NCBI GenBank assembly: GCA_907165135.1
Contig: OU015568.1
Coordinates: 13,764,001-13,828,000 of the forward strand
DNA: 64,000 nt
Direction of reading: 5' to 3'
Source of the DNA: Oikopleura dioica
Lineage: Eukaryota; Animalia; Chordata
Shown piece after piece: positions 1 to 14,851 of the stretch. A program made the translations under genes and the position numbers. The notes under the pieces were generated by a model. That model saw only the letters and a program-made list of their open reading frames with translations, made no database searches and was not told where the DNA came from. Every line of letters begins with the position of its first letter. Position 1 is the first letter of the stretch.

Positions 1-1452
1 TGTTCCATCATTGCTACGAATCTAGCACCGGTAACGTTTGCCAACGTTTATTTTTAGGGGGTGAGAATACTTGCTTTTTCCGCGGTCGATTGGTCGATGA
101 AGCTGGTTTTATTTTCGTCGTTTTCTAAATGAAGGTTATTTTCGGTGTGTTTATGAATTTTGGGGGCTCACGGGGTACATAAACGTCGACTGTTCCATCA
201 TTGCTACGAATCTAGCACCGGTAACGTTTGTCAACGTTTATTTTTAGGGGGTTTGAGAATACTTGCTTTTTCCGCGGTCGATTGGTCGATGAAGCTGGTT
301 TTATTTTCGTCGTTTTCTAAATGAAGGTTATTTTCGGTGTGTTTATGAATTTTGGGGGCTCACGGGGTACATAAACGTCGACTGTTCCATCATTGCTACG
401 AATCTAGCACCGGTAACGTTTGCCAACGTTTATTTTTAGGGGGTGAGAATACTTGCTTTTTCCGCGGTCGATTGGTCGATGAAGCTGGTTTTATTTTCGT
501 CGTTTTCTAAATGAAGGTTATTTTCGGTGTGTTTATGAATTTTGGGGGCTCACGGGGTACATAAACGTCGACTGTTCCATCATTGCTACGAATCTAGCAC
601 CGGTAACGTTTGTCAACGTTTATTTTTAGGGGGTTTGAGAATACTTGCTTTTTCCGCGGTCGTTTGGTCGATGGAGCTGGTTTCGTTTTCGTCGTTTTCT
701 AAATGATGGTTATTTTCGGTCTGTTTGTGAATTTTGGGGGCTCACGGGGTACATAAACGTCGACTGTTCCATCATTGCTACGAATCTAGCACCGGTGACG
801 TTTGTCACTGTTTATTTTTAGGGGGTGAGAATACTTGCTTTTTTCGCGATCGATTGGTCGATGAAGCTGGTTTCGTTTCCGTCGTTTTCTAAATGAAGGT
901 TATTTTCGGTGTGTTTATGAATTTTGGGGGCTCACGGGGTACATAAACGTCGATTGTTCCATCATTGCTACGAATTTAGCACCGGTAACGTTTGTCAACG
1001 TTTATTTTTAGGGGTTGAGAATAGTTGCTATTTTCCGCGGTTGTTTGGTTGATCGAGTTGGTTTCGTTTTCGTCGTCATCTAAATGAAGGTTATTTTCTG
1101 TGTGTAAAAAAATTTTTGGAACTCAACGGGGTGCATAAACGTCGACTGTTCCATCATTGCTACGAATCTAGCACCGGTAACGTTTGTCAACGTTTATTTT
1201 AAGGGGTTCAGAATACTTGCTATTTTCCGCGGTTGTTTGGTTGATGGAGCTTGTTTGTTGTTGTCGTCATTTAAATGAAGGTTACTTTTCTGGGATATAA
1301 AATTTTTGGGGGCTCTACGGGTTGCATAAACGTCGACTGTTCCATCATTGCTACGAAACTAGCACCGGTAACGTTTGTCAACGTTTATTTTAAGGGGGTT
1401 AGAATACTTGCTATTTTCCGCGGTTTTTTGGTTGATTGAGCTGGTTTGTTGC
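1..1452. repeat. Tandem satellite, ~191-bp monomer, >=7.6 copies (array runs off the window start)
   Basis: Monomers begin TGTTCCATCATTGCTACGAA at 1, 191, 383, 573, 765, 955, 1147 and 1338. Lengths alternate 190/192 bp, and divergence rises toward the right edge. Confidence 0.97.
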
Positions 1453-1534
1453 TAGGTTAATTTATTTAATGAAGCCTAGTTGGCGAAAGAATGAGAAGTG
1501 CAAGAAGAAATATCATCGAAAATTCATGAGAGCA

Positions 1535-1722
1535 ATTCGAAAATCGTTAAGGATATCCCTTCAATCGTTGGATAAAAAAGACAAGTTATGAGGGACCAGG
1601 GCGGACAAAGATCATTTGAAAATATTTTTCCATAAAAGATTTTTTCTGTCCTCGGCATCCCTTTTTTCTTATCTGATTTTTTAATCCAAGGATTGAAGGG
1701 ACACCCTTAACAATTTTCAAAT
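1535..1722. repeat. Small imperfect inverted repeat (possible MITE remnant)
   Basis: ATTCGAAAATCGTTAAGGATATCCCTTCAATCGTTGGAT (from 1535) pairs imperfectly with ATCCAAGGATTGAAGGGACACCCTTAACAATTTTCAAAT (to 1722). No TSD recognised. Confidence 0.45.
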
Positions 1723-3661
1723 AACTTCAGTCGAGCCATCTTTTGAAACAAGAAAACAAGGAAAAGTCAGAGGGTTTTCGCCCCGATATGAGGATCTTTA
1801 TTAGCCGCGATGTTGGAAATTTTATTGGCCGCTAAAAGTTGTGTATTTATCCTTTATTGTGGCTCATTATACCGCGCTATTACAAGCGTTTTACGCGAAG
1901 AGGAGGAAAGCGTGTGCAAGCAGGTGCATGCGCTCGCCGCCTGAAAAAGGGATCATCAAATCAAAACGCCGCGCCAAAATCAAAGTGGCGAGTTTGAGCA
2001 CTTTCCGAGAATAACTGCGTTTTGAAAAAGAGGTAGACAAGTTCAAGGGCGTTATTAGGTCGGAAGAATATACAAAAACCAAGGCGATCATTCTGAGAAT
2101 ATGATGAAAAAGAACATGAAAAATTTTTACAGCTTCTCTTCACTATAAGACCACCCATAAATAAGACTAGAAAGTCAAAAAGGAAACATCAAAATTAAAC
2201 TATGTTCTAAACATGAAAAGCCCCAACATTGAGCAGAATCATTATTTTTTAGACAATCTCAGCGGTAGTGCTCAATTGACCTTATTTTAGCAGAGAAAAA
2301 AATTTATCTCCTTTCCTGAAATTCTTGTAAATCGAATCTCTCTTCCAGCAGACAACTAGCAGTAGCTTATTAATAGTAGTATCAGTAGAGTTCCGCTACT
2401 GTAACGATCTTCGAATCGTGACGCTTTCGATTATCCTCTCTGCTGCTAAAAGAACAAAGTTCATTTTTTTCGTTCTCTCACAGAATTCGTCATAGTTTCG
2501 TAATGACTCATCGGCTCATTCGAAATTCGCGGAAACTGGGAAGGGTCTTTTTTCGTTAAAACCGTCTGATAGACTTCTGCGGAAGCCCTAGAGCAGCCGG
2601 CCAATCACCGGCCGCTCATTCGTCGACCGCATGTGACCCGACGAAATTTATTAATTTCTCTAGCTGACTCTACCTGTCATAAACTGTAACCAAGGTACTG
2701 TTAGCAAAATGGCTCTGTCTCTCGGTAATGGCCAGAAAAAAGTTGACATGGTCGAATTTTGGATTTTTTTTTTCTTAAAAATGAGCTAAATCAGAGGAAG
2801 TTCTAGCGGATGTGTGATTGGCTGAATTAGGTACAAAATCGCCCCATACTTTTTGGCAATAAATAAGAGAGGTAAACCTACTGGGGAAGAATTGGGGAAG
2901 GGGAGGAAGAGGAAAAGTGGGCGTTTTTCGGATTCTGCGCGAAAATAGCCCTTTACGCGCACTTCGGATTTCGTGACGATTTCGAGCATTTCTGATCGAA
3001 TTTTAGGGTCTTTTGGAGAGTGAAGATTGGTTTCCAAAGGCTTGGATCTTGATATCTTAGGGTTCTTTATTTGAAAGAAATTATTTCCCAAGTTAGATTT
3101 TAGGGCGAAATAGTGCGAACTTTCGCCGAGTTTTTCGACTGAGATTTTTAACCCCTCGAGTCTAAGTCGACACTTTCAAGGAAGAGCTTATTTTGATTGA
3201 CTAAAAATTCTTCATTTTCAAATGATTGCTATTTAATGTTATTTATACTGTTTATCGAATTAATATTTTTAGGAAAACTTAGGCAATCAACTTGTTCTCG
3301 TTTCAATCTAATTTGTTCTCGACGCCCACGCGTTTCAGTCCGAAAAGCGACGTTTAGAATAAAGCGACGCCTGGAATAATACGCCGTTCAGAATAGTGTT
3401 ATAATCGTCGCTTTGTGTAAAACGTCGTGCATCCATATTGTTTGGCGCAGCTATATGACAACCAAAGCAAAATTTGTAACTTCCGGGATTCTTGTGACAG
3501 CACACCTTGCACAGCCAGCAACCATCTTTGAGCCACCAACCCGAGGATAGTTTCTTTGGAATCCAGGCTTATGCTTGAACCTGCTGCTGGATTTCAGGAC
3601 GCTCGTATATCAGCGCTTGTCGACTTTCTGCCAGTACAGATCTTCAATACCTCTTGCTCGT

Positions 3662-4457
3662 TTAGCTTCCATCACCCTTTGGAGATTCGGGTTCTTCTGG
3701 AATTTCTTCCTCTGGTTCTTTTTCCTCGTCGCTATCACTTGATTCTTGAATTTCCCCGGATTCGTAATCTTCCTGGCAAGCGACACTATCCGCATTTTTA
3801 TAAGCATTCTCTTTGATTCTCTCTTCGAGAGCATCTTCCATTGGCAACGGTTGGTCCTTATCGAGATCCAAGCCCGGGTGAGACTCTTAAATTGACTTCA
3901 TGAAATCTTGCACCTGGAAGAACTGCATCTCGTCATCAGTCATGACAGGAACCTGAGACATCGCGTTTATGTATTTTAGCAAAGCGGGACCTCTCGCGAG
4001 CTCTTTGCCCTGTCGGATTCGCTCAAGGAATTCTTTTATGCGATCACGAATGGCATACTTTGTCTTTCTTCGCTCCATGCGCTCTTTTTAACGAGAATCA
4101 TCTTCCTCAGCTTTCATGATATAAAAGAAGTACGGATCAGCTGGAGCTGCTTCCCCACAGCTTCGCCAAACAGTTCAGTCTAGTTGATTTATTCACAGAA
4201 TCACATGGATACCTAGAGCATTGCCACTCATCAAGCGACCATTCGGTCAGCTTCTTTGCTGTACGATTCGTCTTTGTTTTCTTGAAGAAACCATCTTTCA
4301 ATTTCTCCGCTTGTGAAGTAATCAGGCCTCTGTGATGCATGGTGCAGACATTGACAGCGACTTTCTTGAATGAGGCGGCTTCTTTATTTGCAATCATCAT
4401 GATTCCACGCGAAGCTGGATAATAGGTACTAAAATAAATTCTTCCCGAGGCCCACAA
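3662..4457 (-). pseudogene. Degraded ORF of unknown origin (acidic/charged protein)
   Basis: ORFs 3887-4078 and 3662-3871 are in the same frame, separated by one stop, with another stop just upstream. ORF 4137-4457 is in a different frame. No domain recognised. Confidence 0.35.
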
Positions 4458-4734
4458 TTATAAAGGGTTCAATATACTTCCCTGGGCTCACTAAGTAAAC
4501 GGGTTTCAGATTCTCGAAATGAATCGAGCGCCCATGGCAAACTTGCTCTTCGTTTTTTTTCCAGAAGTGCTATTTGGATTTTCTAGAAGTGCCAAGAACA
4601 AAATTCAACTGGTTCGCCGATTTCGAGTTCAACAGAGTTCGTACAATTCATTTTGAGAATCTGAAACCCGTTTACTTAGTGAGCCCAGGGAAGAATATTG
4701 AACCCGTTATAATTGTGGGCCTCGGGAAGAATTT
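4436..4734. repeat. Fold-back inverted repeat, 89-bp arms with a ~120-bp spacer
   Basis: 4436-4524 is the reverse complement of 4646-4734 with 3 mismatches. Confidence 0.85.
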
Positions 4735-4881
4735 TCCCTTTATAATATTGGGCCCCCTTTTTGATTACGAATGTAAATAATTAATGGAGATTCCTTTATC
4801 TTGTTTCATTTTGGGTAAAAGTGATAACCTTACCCTTATGCTTATCGGCGCGGGTGCGCGTCAGTAGCTACGGTTTGGGGG

Positions 4882-5872
4882 CAGAGTTGCAAATTTTGTG
4901 AGCTAGCTGAGCTGAGCTATCTGAGCTAGCTGAGCTACAGCTCAGCTCAGCTCAGCTCAGCAATTTTGAGGTTAGTGTCAGCTCAGCTCAATTTTTCTGA
5001 AGAAAACTAGCTCAGCTCAGCTCAATAGATTTTCGAAAAGAGCCAGCTCAGCTCAGCTAGCTCAATTTTAACCTCAGCTCAGCTAGCTCAGCTCAGCTCA
5101 GTCTACTGAGCTGACAAAGATCGAACCACTTTTGATTGGTCTTATTTTCAAAAACTTACACGTATTTTCTATTGCGGCTTTCCTGTTGGTCAATTTTAGA
5201 TAGAAATAATTCGAGTTTTCTTTGAAGCAAGAGAGAAATAAGATAAAAAATAGCTTCTTATAAAAAAAATAATAAGGTACAGATGGTAAATATGTGATTG
5301 CGAATGTGAGAGACTGGTCTAGGGGTGTGCGAGGGCAGGGGCTCCCTGTCCGTCTACTCTAGAAGGTTGAAACATTGGCTCACCCACATAAATGATACCA
5401 CTGTATCATATATTGGAGGATTCCTTATTGTTAAATTACAGAATAAATTTTTTATGTCAAAAAGTGCGATGTTGCGAGTGAGATGCTGGTCTAGGGGTGT
5501 GTGAGGGCAGGCGCTCCCCTGTCCATCTACTCTAGAAGGTTGAAATTCGCTGCAATACATTTTGTTGACATTTTTTGTAGTAAATAAAAATCAGCTTTCT
5601 CAGCTCAGCTCAGCTAGCTCAGCTCAGCTAGCTCAGCTTAAAAAAATGGTCAGCTCAGCTCAGCTAGCTCAGTTTGAGAAATCATCAGCTCAGCTCAAAA
5701 ATTTTCAAATATGCCCCAGCTCAGCTCAGCTCAGCTCAATTTTTTTGAAAAAATTCAGCTCAGCTCAGCTCAGTTGTTCTTAAAGGGGGCCAGCTCAGCT
5801 CAGCTCAGCTCAATTTCGACCTCAGCTCAGCTAGCTCAGCTCAGAAAAAATTTTCAAAAATTTGCAACTCTG
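4882..5872. mobile_element. Non-autonomous hAT-type DNA transposon (MITE), 991 bp
   Basis: TIR CAGAGTTGCAAATTTT / AAAATTTGCAACTCTG, with an 8-bp TSD TTTGGGGG at 4874-4881 and 5873-5880. Dense subterminal AGCTC/CTCAG pentamer repeats and an internal ~60-bp direct repeat (~5313 and ~5487). CAG termini plus an 8-bp TSD are hAT hallmarks. Confidence 0.88.
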
Positions 5873-6077
5873 TTTGGGGGGTTTGCGTCAATTGCTACGG
5901 TTGCGTCAATAGCTACGGTGCGTCAATAGCTACGGTTAAAAATGAGTCATAGAGAGCATGGAAATTGACAGACAGCTTAGGGTGGGCATCAACCTAGGTC
6001 GGGTCTGCCGGTAAATTAGAAAATTACAAGAATCTGAAGCTATCTAGGTCTGTTTGAAAGATAATGTGGTCGTTTAA

Positions 6078-6454
6078 GGGGGGGGTCGACGAGAATTTTT
6101 TCAGGGGTGATCGTAATTTCTCATGTACACATAGTCTGGATATGAAACTTATATTTTTGGAATTGTCAGATCCTCCCGAATCCGTTAAGCCCAAAAACAT
6201 TTGATAAAAATGAGATTTAGGGGGTGAAATTATGAAAAATGTAAAAAGAATGGCCATTTTTGGTGCATTTTCGCGAAAATGCCCCTACTTTGAGGGGATT
6301 TTTGACCGATTTTTTCTGGCGAAAATTTTTTCTAGTTTTCGCTGCCTGATTTTTTCAACCCTTTTCTATCCACCAGTATACTCAGATTTTCCCTATCTTA
6401 TCCGGTTTTCCCGCATTTTTGGTCACGGAAATCCCGATTCTCGTCGACCCCCCC
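6078..6454. mobile_element. MITE with G-rich TIRs in a TTAA site (PIF/Harbinger-like)
   Basis: TTAA|GGGGGGGGTCGACGAGAAT ... ATTCTCGTCGACCCCCCC|TTAA. Confidence 0.75.
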
Positions 6455-9360
6455 TTAACGCTTACAAAAATGATACGTAAGAAAAATAAAGCCTCAGAAC
6501 GATCGATCACGCGTCCGAATGGCGGACAACTTTCCTGTCCTTTATCGGCGGCTGTGGAGCACGACGGAATTTCGGATCTCGCGCGGATCAAATAGGTTTG
6601 GGACAAATAAGGACTGATAAGTTGGAAACAAATCATTCATGAAATGATCGATGGCTCCCTTTTTCTACTCCTTGTCTTCATCCCCCGCCGGAAGTTGAAA
6701 AAGAAAGAATCAGTAAAAGAACAAAATAATCGAATTAGAAAATCCGTTATTTTTAATTTGCATATTTTGACCGTGGAGAGCATAAAGAACGAAAAAGTTT
6801 GGTATTGCATTTCCAAAAATTGGTAATGGATTACCAAAATTGGTAATGCATTACCAATTGGTAATTTAGACGAGCGTTCCCCATCAAGAGGGCATAAAAG
6901 AGTCGGTTGAAATGTAAAGGTCTAGCGAGCAGATGGACGGGGATGAATATTTTACGCCAACTGAAATTGAGAAAAATGGAGTTAGGGCCCTGCAAATTCG
7001 ATTAAAGCTGACTCGAACTTGAAGACGCTTTCTGCCAACAAAATTAAAACAGATTACCTTTCTGACAGCTAGTTTCGCTCGAAATTCCACAAGGGGTTAA
7101 GTCCCTCTAATGGCCCTTTTGCCGATAACTTTTGTTGTGTACAAATGGTCGAGTTGTGTACTCTTCCGATAACGCGAAATAGAAAAAAACTGATAAAGGA
7201 GCTCAAGGCCAGCCGGAGACGGAGCGACGCGATTTTTGAATTTTGTCGTTTTGGCGGAAATTTGGACAAGATTAAAACTCAAATTCCAGATACAAGAACA
7301 AGCACACACACAGTAAGCAGTTTTGGTAATGTAGAGTGGGCTGTATCTACAAATTCTAGTCTTGGCATTTAGAATAAAATGATTTGGGTGGGTAACTTTT
7401 ATGGTTGGTATTCCGAACTTGATTTAATTTTATCAGCTGACCCGAATAAATATCACGTGATATTACGACGTCATCAGATAGAACTCGTCAAGCAGGTCAA
7501 TTTGATACCCGAATCTACTCCGGGAAACGACAGGAACTTATCGTATACACATTTTAAAGCTCTGACTTTACCGGAATTGACCCTTATTTGACCAAAATTT
7601 TTCAATTTTCATGATTTCTCAGATTCTCAAAGTATTTACCCGGAAGGGAACGGAGGTATTTGAGGGCTCAAAATGATCAGCGCAACGAGCTCTATCAGAT
7701 AAGCTCAAAAAACAAAGCGTACAGAAAAATTATTTGAAAAGTGACCCACCCTAATAGTGATACCTCGAAAAAAACAATTTTCCCGAAAAATCCTATGGTA
7801 ATTCAGAAAAAATAAAAAATGATTCTTTTCGAAATTAAGAATTCTAAAAATGATGGAACTGGTCAGGCTTGACGCAGTTTGGCAGCGCTTTGCCTCTGCA
7901 GAATGCGAGTTTTTTGAAGTTGTCAAGCTCATCAATGACAAACAATCCTACGGGCCATCTTTGCTCTAGTGCATGTCCGAAATTTCAAAATAAGCTTGTG
8001 TTCGCGCATTTATCGAAAAGTTCCTTTACTACAGTCACTGCGGAGCTGGAAAAACCAGTCGTCGAGTTTTCGTGGCACTCTTTTGCAGTCCAACTTAGTT
8101 CTGCTTCGTTGTGTTCTGGCAGCGTGACGTGTATCATTTACCATGAAGTTTTACTCTTGATGGAGAAAGTCCCTGGCACTCTTCCCCGTTTCCCGCGCAA
8201 TTCAATCTCGTGGGATTCTAGAAATTTTGTCAAGCCCATGTTTAGCTCTTTCTCGAATCTCGAAATTATGTACGGAAGAAAAATGTCCGCTGATCGACAA
8301 GTTTTAGATCTGTTCTCACAAACTAACCACAAAATCTTCATTCAAAATAAGTGCCAAACTTTCTCGTTCAATTCAACTCAACCAATTCGGCAACATCTGA
8401 CTTTCAAACATTCTTGCTTCTTTACTATCACCCGAAAAACTGCGACTGCTTCTCGGTGCGGAACCTGGCACCGACAGGGCGAAACGATGCCTGTTTGACA
8501 GGTAGACTACGTGGTACTCCTAATATTCGAGCGGCTGTTCATGCACTCTTAGCATCTCCGTTATGTTTCCACTTCTTGATCAAATAAAACGATGGCCTCC
8601 GGTTTCTGAGCGTACTCAATAACATCCGATGGCCATTTTTATAAGACTTTTGCGGAAACTGCTCAATGGGAGTGATGTTCCATCGGAACTTATTGGTGTG
8701 GAGAATAATTCGTTTGCGATCGTTGGAGCCCTTCGTAGTATGGAAAAATGTTTCGGTAAAAGCGACCGAAATATAAATCACTTTCAAGGGGTCAAATATG
8801 ATAAATATTTCGGCAGGCAGCCAAAAGAATTCTACAAATAAGGCTCGTTTCACGGAAAAATATTTCGGTACGGGCCGAAAGAAAAATCAGAATTTGATGT
8901 CTTTTGAGCAATAAAGTTTCGGTAGGTTTTTCCACTATCATCCTGATTTGCGCTGGTATAAGCATTCAATGAGTGTGCCTTATCAATTTTCACCTCAAAA
9001 ATCTCGAGTTATTTTCTGCTCTCTTAATCAGAAGATCATCTCTGGCTTCATTCTTCATTTCGCAAAAATAAAGGAGGCCGATGATAAAAAAAATGAAATC
9101 GTAATATTTGCTAAAATAAAGGTTAGGGTTAGGGGCCACCTGCAAAAATGACGGAACAAATTACCCAAGGGGGATAGGCTACGGTTAGTTAGGGTTACTG
9201 AAGGTAATGAGAGTATAGAAAGAGAAAACGCAGACACCAAACCAACATCACACGAGTTAGAATGGGCCTCCCGGCCCCGCAAACCCTTACCTTTATACAA
9301 AATTTGTTCTGATTTTATAGCCTTATTTTATCATTCTTTCCGCGGAAAAAGCTCTAACCT

Positions 9361-9568
9361 GAAACCGCGGAAAAATTAAGAACTGGCACAGTAAAGCAGT
9401 TCCAACCAGAAACAGCGGAAAAATTAAGAATTAGCACAGTAAAGCAGCTCCAACCAGAAACCGCGGAAAAATTAAGAACTGGCATACAGAAGCAGCTCCA
9501 ACCAGAAACCGTGGAAAAAATTAAGAAATGGCATAGTAAAGCAGCTCCAATCAGAAACCGCGGAAAAA
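9361..9568 (+). repeat. 48-bp minisatellite, ~4.3 copies
   Basis: Unit GAAACCGCGGAAAAATTAAGAACTGGCACAGTAAAGCAGTTCCAACCA, repeated with substitutions. Confidence 0.9.
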
Positions 9569-9813
9569 ATAATAACCGAAGTATGAGAGAAAATCCAATC
9601 AGAAAACACAAAATAATAAACGACGAATATAAAGAGTCGGTCCAAGGGGGATCAACCAAATAAATAAAAATATACCTATTTGAAGGGACTCCATATACAT
9701 CTCACGAAAAAAATAAAAAATTGCCTACGGAAAGGTACATCAGAGAAAAAAAAGTTCCTCCACTTTAGAAACGAAAAACAGAACTAACTCCAAAAAAAAT
9801 GCTCCAACTCAAC

Positions 9814-12800
9814 CTAACTCCAGATTTTGACCTGAGCCGAAATATCATCTCTTTTCAGAGTAAAGACGGTTGATTCTGGCGCAGATGGATTCTGTTGCGA
9901 ATGCAGTTCGTATGTGTTCCAACCGTCAGAACAAAAAGTCTCTTTGACAGCTTCAAATGGTTGTCGACCAGCAACTGTTGTATCCATAGGATCATCATCT
10001 GCTTGGTTCATGATGAATCTTAAGATATTGTGCTAGCAGGGGTCTAAATATCAGCCGAAATCCCAGTGCGAAAGCGAAGCGAAAGCGAACTTTTTCAATT
10101 TTTTTGCGAAGCGAATAATTTCCCCATGTGCGAAGCGAAATATCTTCGAAAATTGCGAAAAAAAAAGTCTATGCAACATAGTGCAAACAGCATTCTCTAC
10201 CTCAGTAGACCCTTCGTAGATCTGTACAAAGAGAATATTCGATTTCCGTTGATTCCGATGCCAGCTTCATTTGTTATTTCAAAAATGTTGAGCACATCGC
10301 CAAACCTTCCGGAATTATCGCACTTGACATCAATCCTGATGAGAAAATTGGGACTGGCTTTAAAATCTGCAATTTTCGTGTTCTCAAAAGTAATTATAAT
10401 TAACAACTTGATACAGCCAATTAAATACCTTTTTTGGCGAGAATTCACATATTTGCCAATCTTCACAATTGCTTCTAATATCACAGCCATTTAAGCACTG
10501 TTGTAGATAAAAATTTTTTATCTTGCAGTTTGTTTTGTCAAGAGTTGCCGGTCCTATCCAAATTTGTTTATCATTAGTATGGTAATACTCGTAATTAAAA
10601 TCGTCATCAAGAACAATATTATTATGACTTAATTCCGATCCAGTTAGATCAGAGGTAGAATTATAAACTGATGTTTTGACTTGAATATTCTGCCTTTTTT
10701 GGATAATTTTCGGAGATTATGTCGTACAAAAACATTTTAACAAACTTAATTTAGTGAGTTTTTATATCAACTCTGGCTTGTAGAATCGTACGAAATTATC
10801 CTTTCACAAACATCCGGTTGAAATACCATATTGAAACTATGGAAACTAGGAGTGGTGCGTGCTCTGTATTTATTAAGTTTAAACGTGTTGACACTTGTTC
10901 GCTTCAGCAAGAAATAAAATGATTTATAATATGGAATAAAGACGAGATTTTCTCGATTGAGGGTCTCAGTCGGGCACATCACATCAAAATTAAAAATAAA
11001 AATTCTTCCAATTTTCATTGTATGGACAAGATTCCCAGAAGTCGGAGTCATTTCACAGGCATCAACAAAAGTAGTACAAGATTCCAAGCCGTAGCAAAAG
11101 TCCGAACAATTACCAATATCTGGAAAAGACTGATGAAACAAATTGCGAATTTTTTGGTTTTCTCCGACAACTTGCGAAGGATCCCCCAAGTAGACAAAGA
11201 TTTTTCGATTCAATTTCAGATTTCTCGGTGCATATTGTAGATTTCCATTGACATAGCCATCTTGTCTCGACGTCATCAGAATGTTATCGAGAGTATCTTC
11301 TCGCAGTTGTACGACGATCTCTATCCACTCTCCATTTGGACAACTTCTTGTTGCATCGGCGGGACTGTTATATGTTGAAAAATTGAAGTTATATCTAATT
11401 TTATCATCCGAAAGCATTTCAAAAGAAAACAACCAGTTATGGATAGAGCCCCCTGCGTCATGCTCAGTAAGATGAAGGATATTTCTGTTCTGTCCACCGA
11501 ACGCATGATGACATTGAAATTCGAAGCTGATCTTCATGTTTTTGCTTGTAACAAACTGACCGACGTAAGAATCGTTCGAGCTTGGTGAGGATTCGCAAGA
11601 ATTAACGAAAGTGGTACAGCTTTCTTTTCCATCGCAAGGATCCGTGCAAGGATCAAACTCCTGAACGAAAAAATTTCTCACTTCCGCGAATTCACCTGCT
11701 GTGTCTGCGTACGAATGAGGATCGTATGACAAATGAACTCTCATCAATTCGTTGGAAAGGACATTTTCAATGTCAAACAATTCTTGATCGATGATATCGT
11801 CGCCAAATCGGACTGTACGGAGAACTTTTCCTTGTTGTATTTCTCGCTGCTCCATGGATAATTTTTGCCAGGCACCGATTGTCGGTCTAACATATCTGCC
11901 TTTTCAAGCTTTCACTTTATTTTATCTCATTATATTATATATAATTATTATTGCTGTAAGAGCCCGTTTCCTATTCCGTAAAATTCTGGGCTTGGCCGCT
12001 GATCAAGATATCTCAACCAGAAGTCCACGTCGTTTGCATCAAGCCACAACGCAAAGTACCTCTTTCCGACATCATTATCACCTCGTCCAAGATATTCGTC
12101 ATCGGAAATATGTATTATACTTCTATCATTAGCTCTTGTCAGAGTCTTTGTTCGTATTTCCATGCTAATCAAATAATTCAGCGGGATCGTGATTGACCCA
12201 ATTTGCTGGTTTCGGATCGGAATTTTGCCGCAGTGATCGATAAATCTTGTGCATTTTGAAATAGACACCCATTCATTCGTCAAACAGGGATCCGTGCAAG
12301 ATTGAGCATAAACATTTCTAATCAGAGCTCCATTTCCCGCGGTACTTCCTTGATGAGAGACAAGGACGTGAACTGCCTGCCCGATAACCATTATATTACT
12401 TGTTTGATACTCACGTTCAACAAGTTTTTCATTATTTTTCCAAACTATTTGGCGAATTTTGCCAGGTTCGATTTCTCTTTGTTCAAGCACAAATCTCGTC
12501 CAGGTATTTTCTTCACAAGGACTAGGTTGTATGCTTTGCCCACATTTAGCATCAAACGTTGATTGATCAATAAATCTTTCTCAATTGATAAAAAGATCAT
12601 TTTTATAATACAAAAAAACGAGCTTTAGAAAAAAATCTATAATCTTTAAACTCGTTTATAAATGCAAGTTTTTATCCGTCCGGGAGGTAGAATCCACCTT
12701 CAACAATCCATAGGCCAAAGATTCGATCTCTTCTGTCACTCGTACTAGTACAATCGCCTCCTAGATTTACTGAAAACTCAATAATATTCTTCCAGCTCAA

Positions 12801-13068
12801 AGTACAGTCAAGGACTAAAACTTCAAAGCTGAACTTTAGGGTCAAGAATAAGGCTCGGTGAAAGCTTCATTTAAAAAAGGGATGCTATTATTGACCCCTG
12901 GCTGAAGTCGTATTCCTTTGTGGCAAGAAAAGCTCCTCGGTTATTGTTCAAAGTTGGGCTGATACTGCAAGAATCAACAAAAGTGTCGCATTTATTCTTG
13001 TTCTGACAAGGGTCAGTGCAAGAAAAACATCTCTCGAGAAAACTTAAAAATAAAAAAGCAAGGAGCAT
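9814..13068 (-). CDS. Secreted multi-exon protein with ~5 tandem Cys-capped ConA/LamG-like lectin-fold repeats (exon structure not fully resolved)
   Basis: Signal peptide MLLAFLFLSFLERCFS. A repeated CTDPC..C.TFVD.C..P cap is followed by ISFEF..NILHLT..GEWIEI..VYLGDP..IRNL-type segments in ORFs 12871-13077, 11948-12490, 10767-11855, 10197-10490 and 9814-10011. Confidence 0.65.
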
Positions 13069-13340
13069 TTTGTCCAAATTTCTGGGTAAAAATTACCCGA
13101 AAATTCTCTTTCATTCAGCTTTTTAATGAATATTAATGTTTGTCAATGTAAAGAGTGGATTAACAGCAAAGGCGAACTGACAAATGCAGGTGTACAAAAA
13201 CGACGGAAGCGATGCGAGCCTAAATAATTGATGTTTCTCAAAAATATTTCCTAATTTTTGAACTTGAAAATGACCGTGGAAATGAAGCGAGGATCAATTA
13301 TTTATTTGGGCTGAAGTTTTGAAATATTTTCTTGATTTTA

Positions 13341-14851
<1,511 letters not shown>

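Noticed and set aside
1-1452. CRISPR-like reading of the 191-bp repeats
   Set aside because: Whole units are repeated with no unique spacers, the context is eukaryotic and there are no cas genes.
7860-8341. Walker-B-like LFVIDELD in a minus-strand frame
   Set aside because: The frame contains stops and has no convincing Walker A, so it is at best an unidentifiable decayed fragment.
9118-9196. TTAGGG telomere-like hexamers
   Set aside because: Only 2-3 scattered copies, not an array.
10066-10160. GCGAA repeat cluster as a transposon end
   Set aside because: No matching opposite end or TSD was found.
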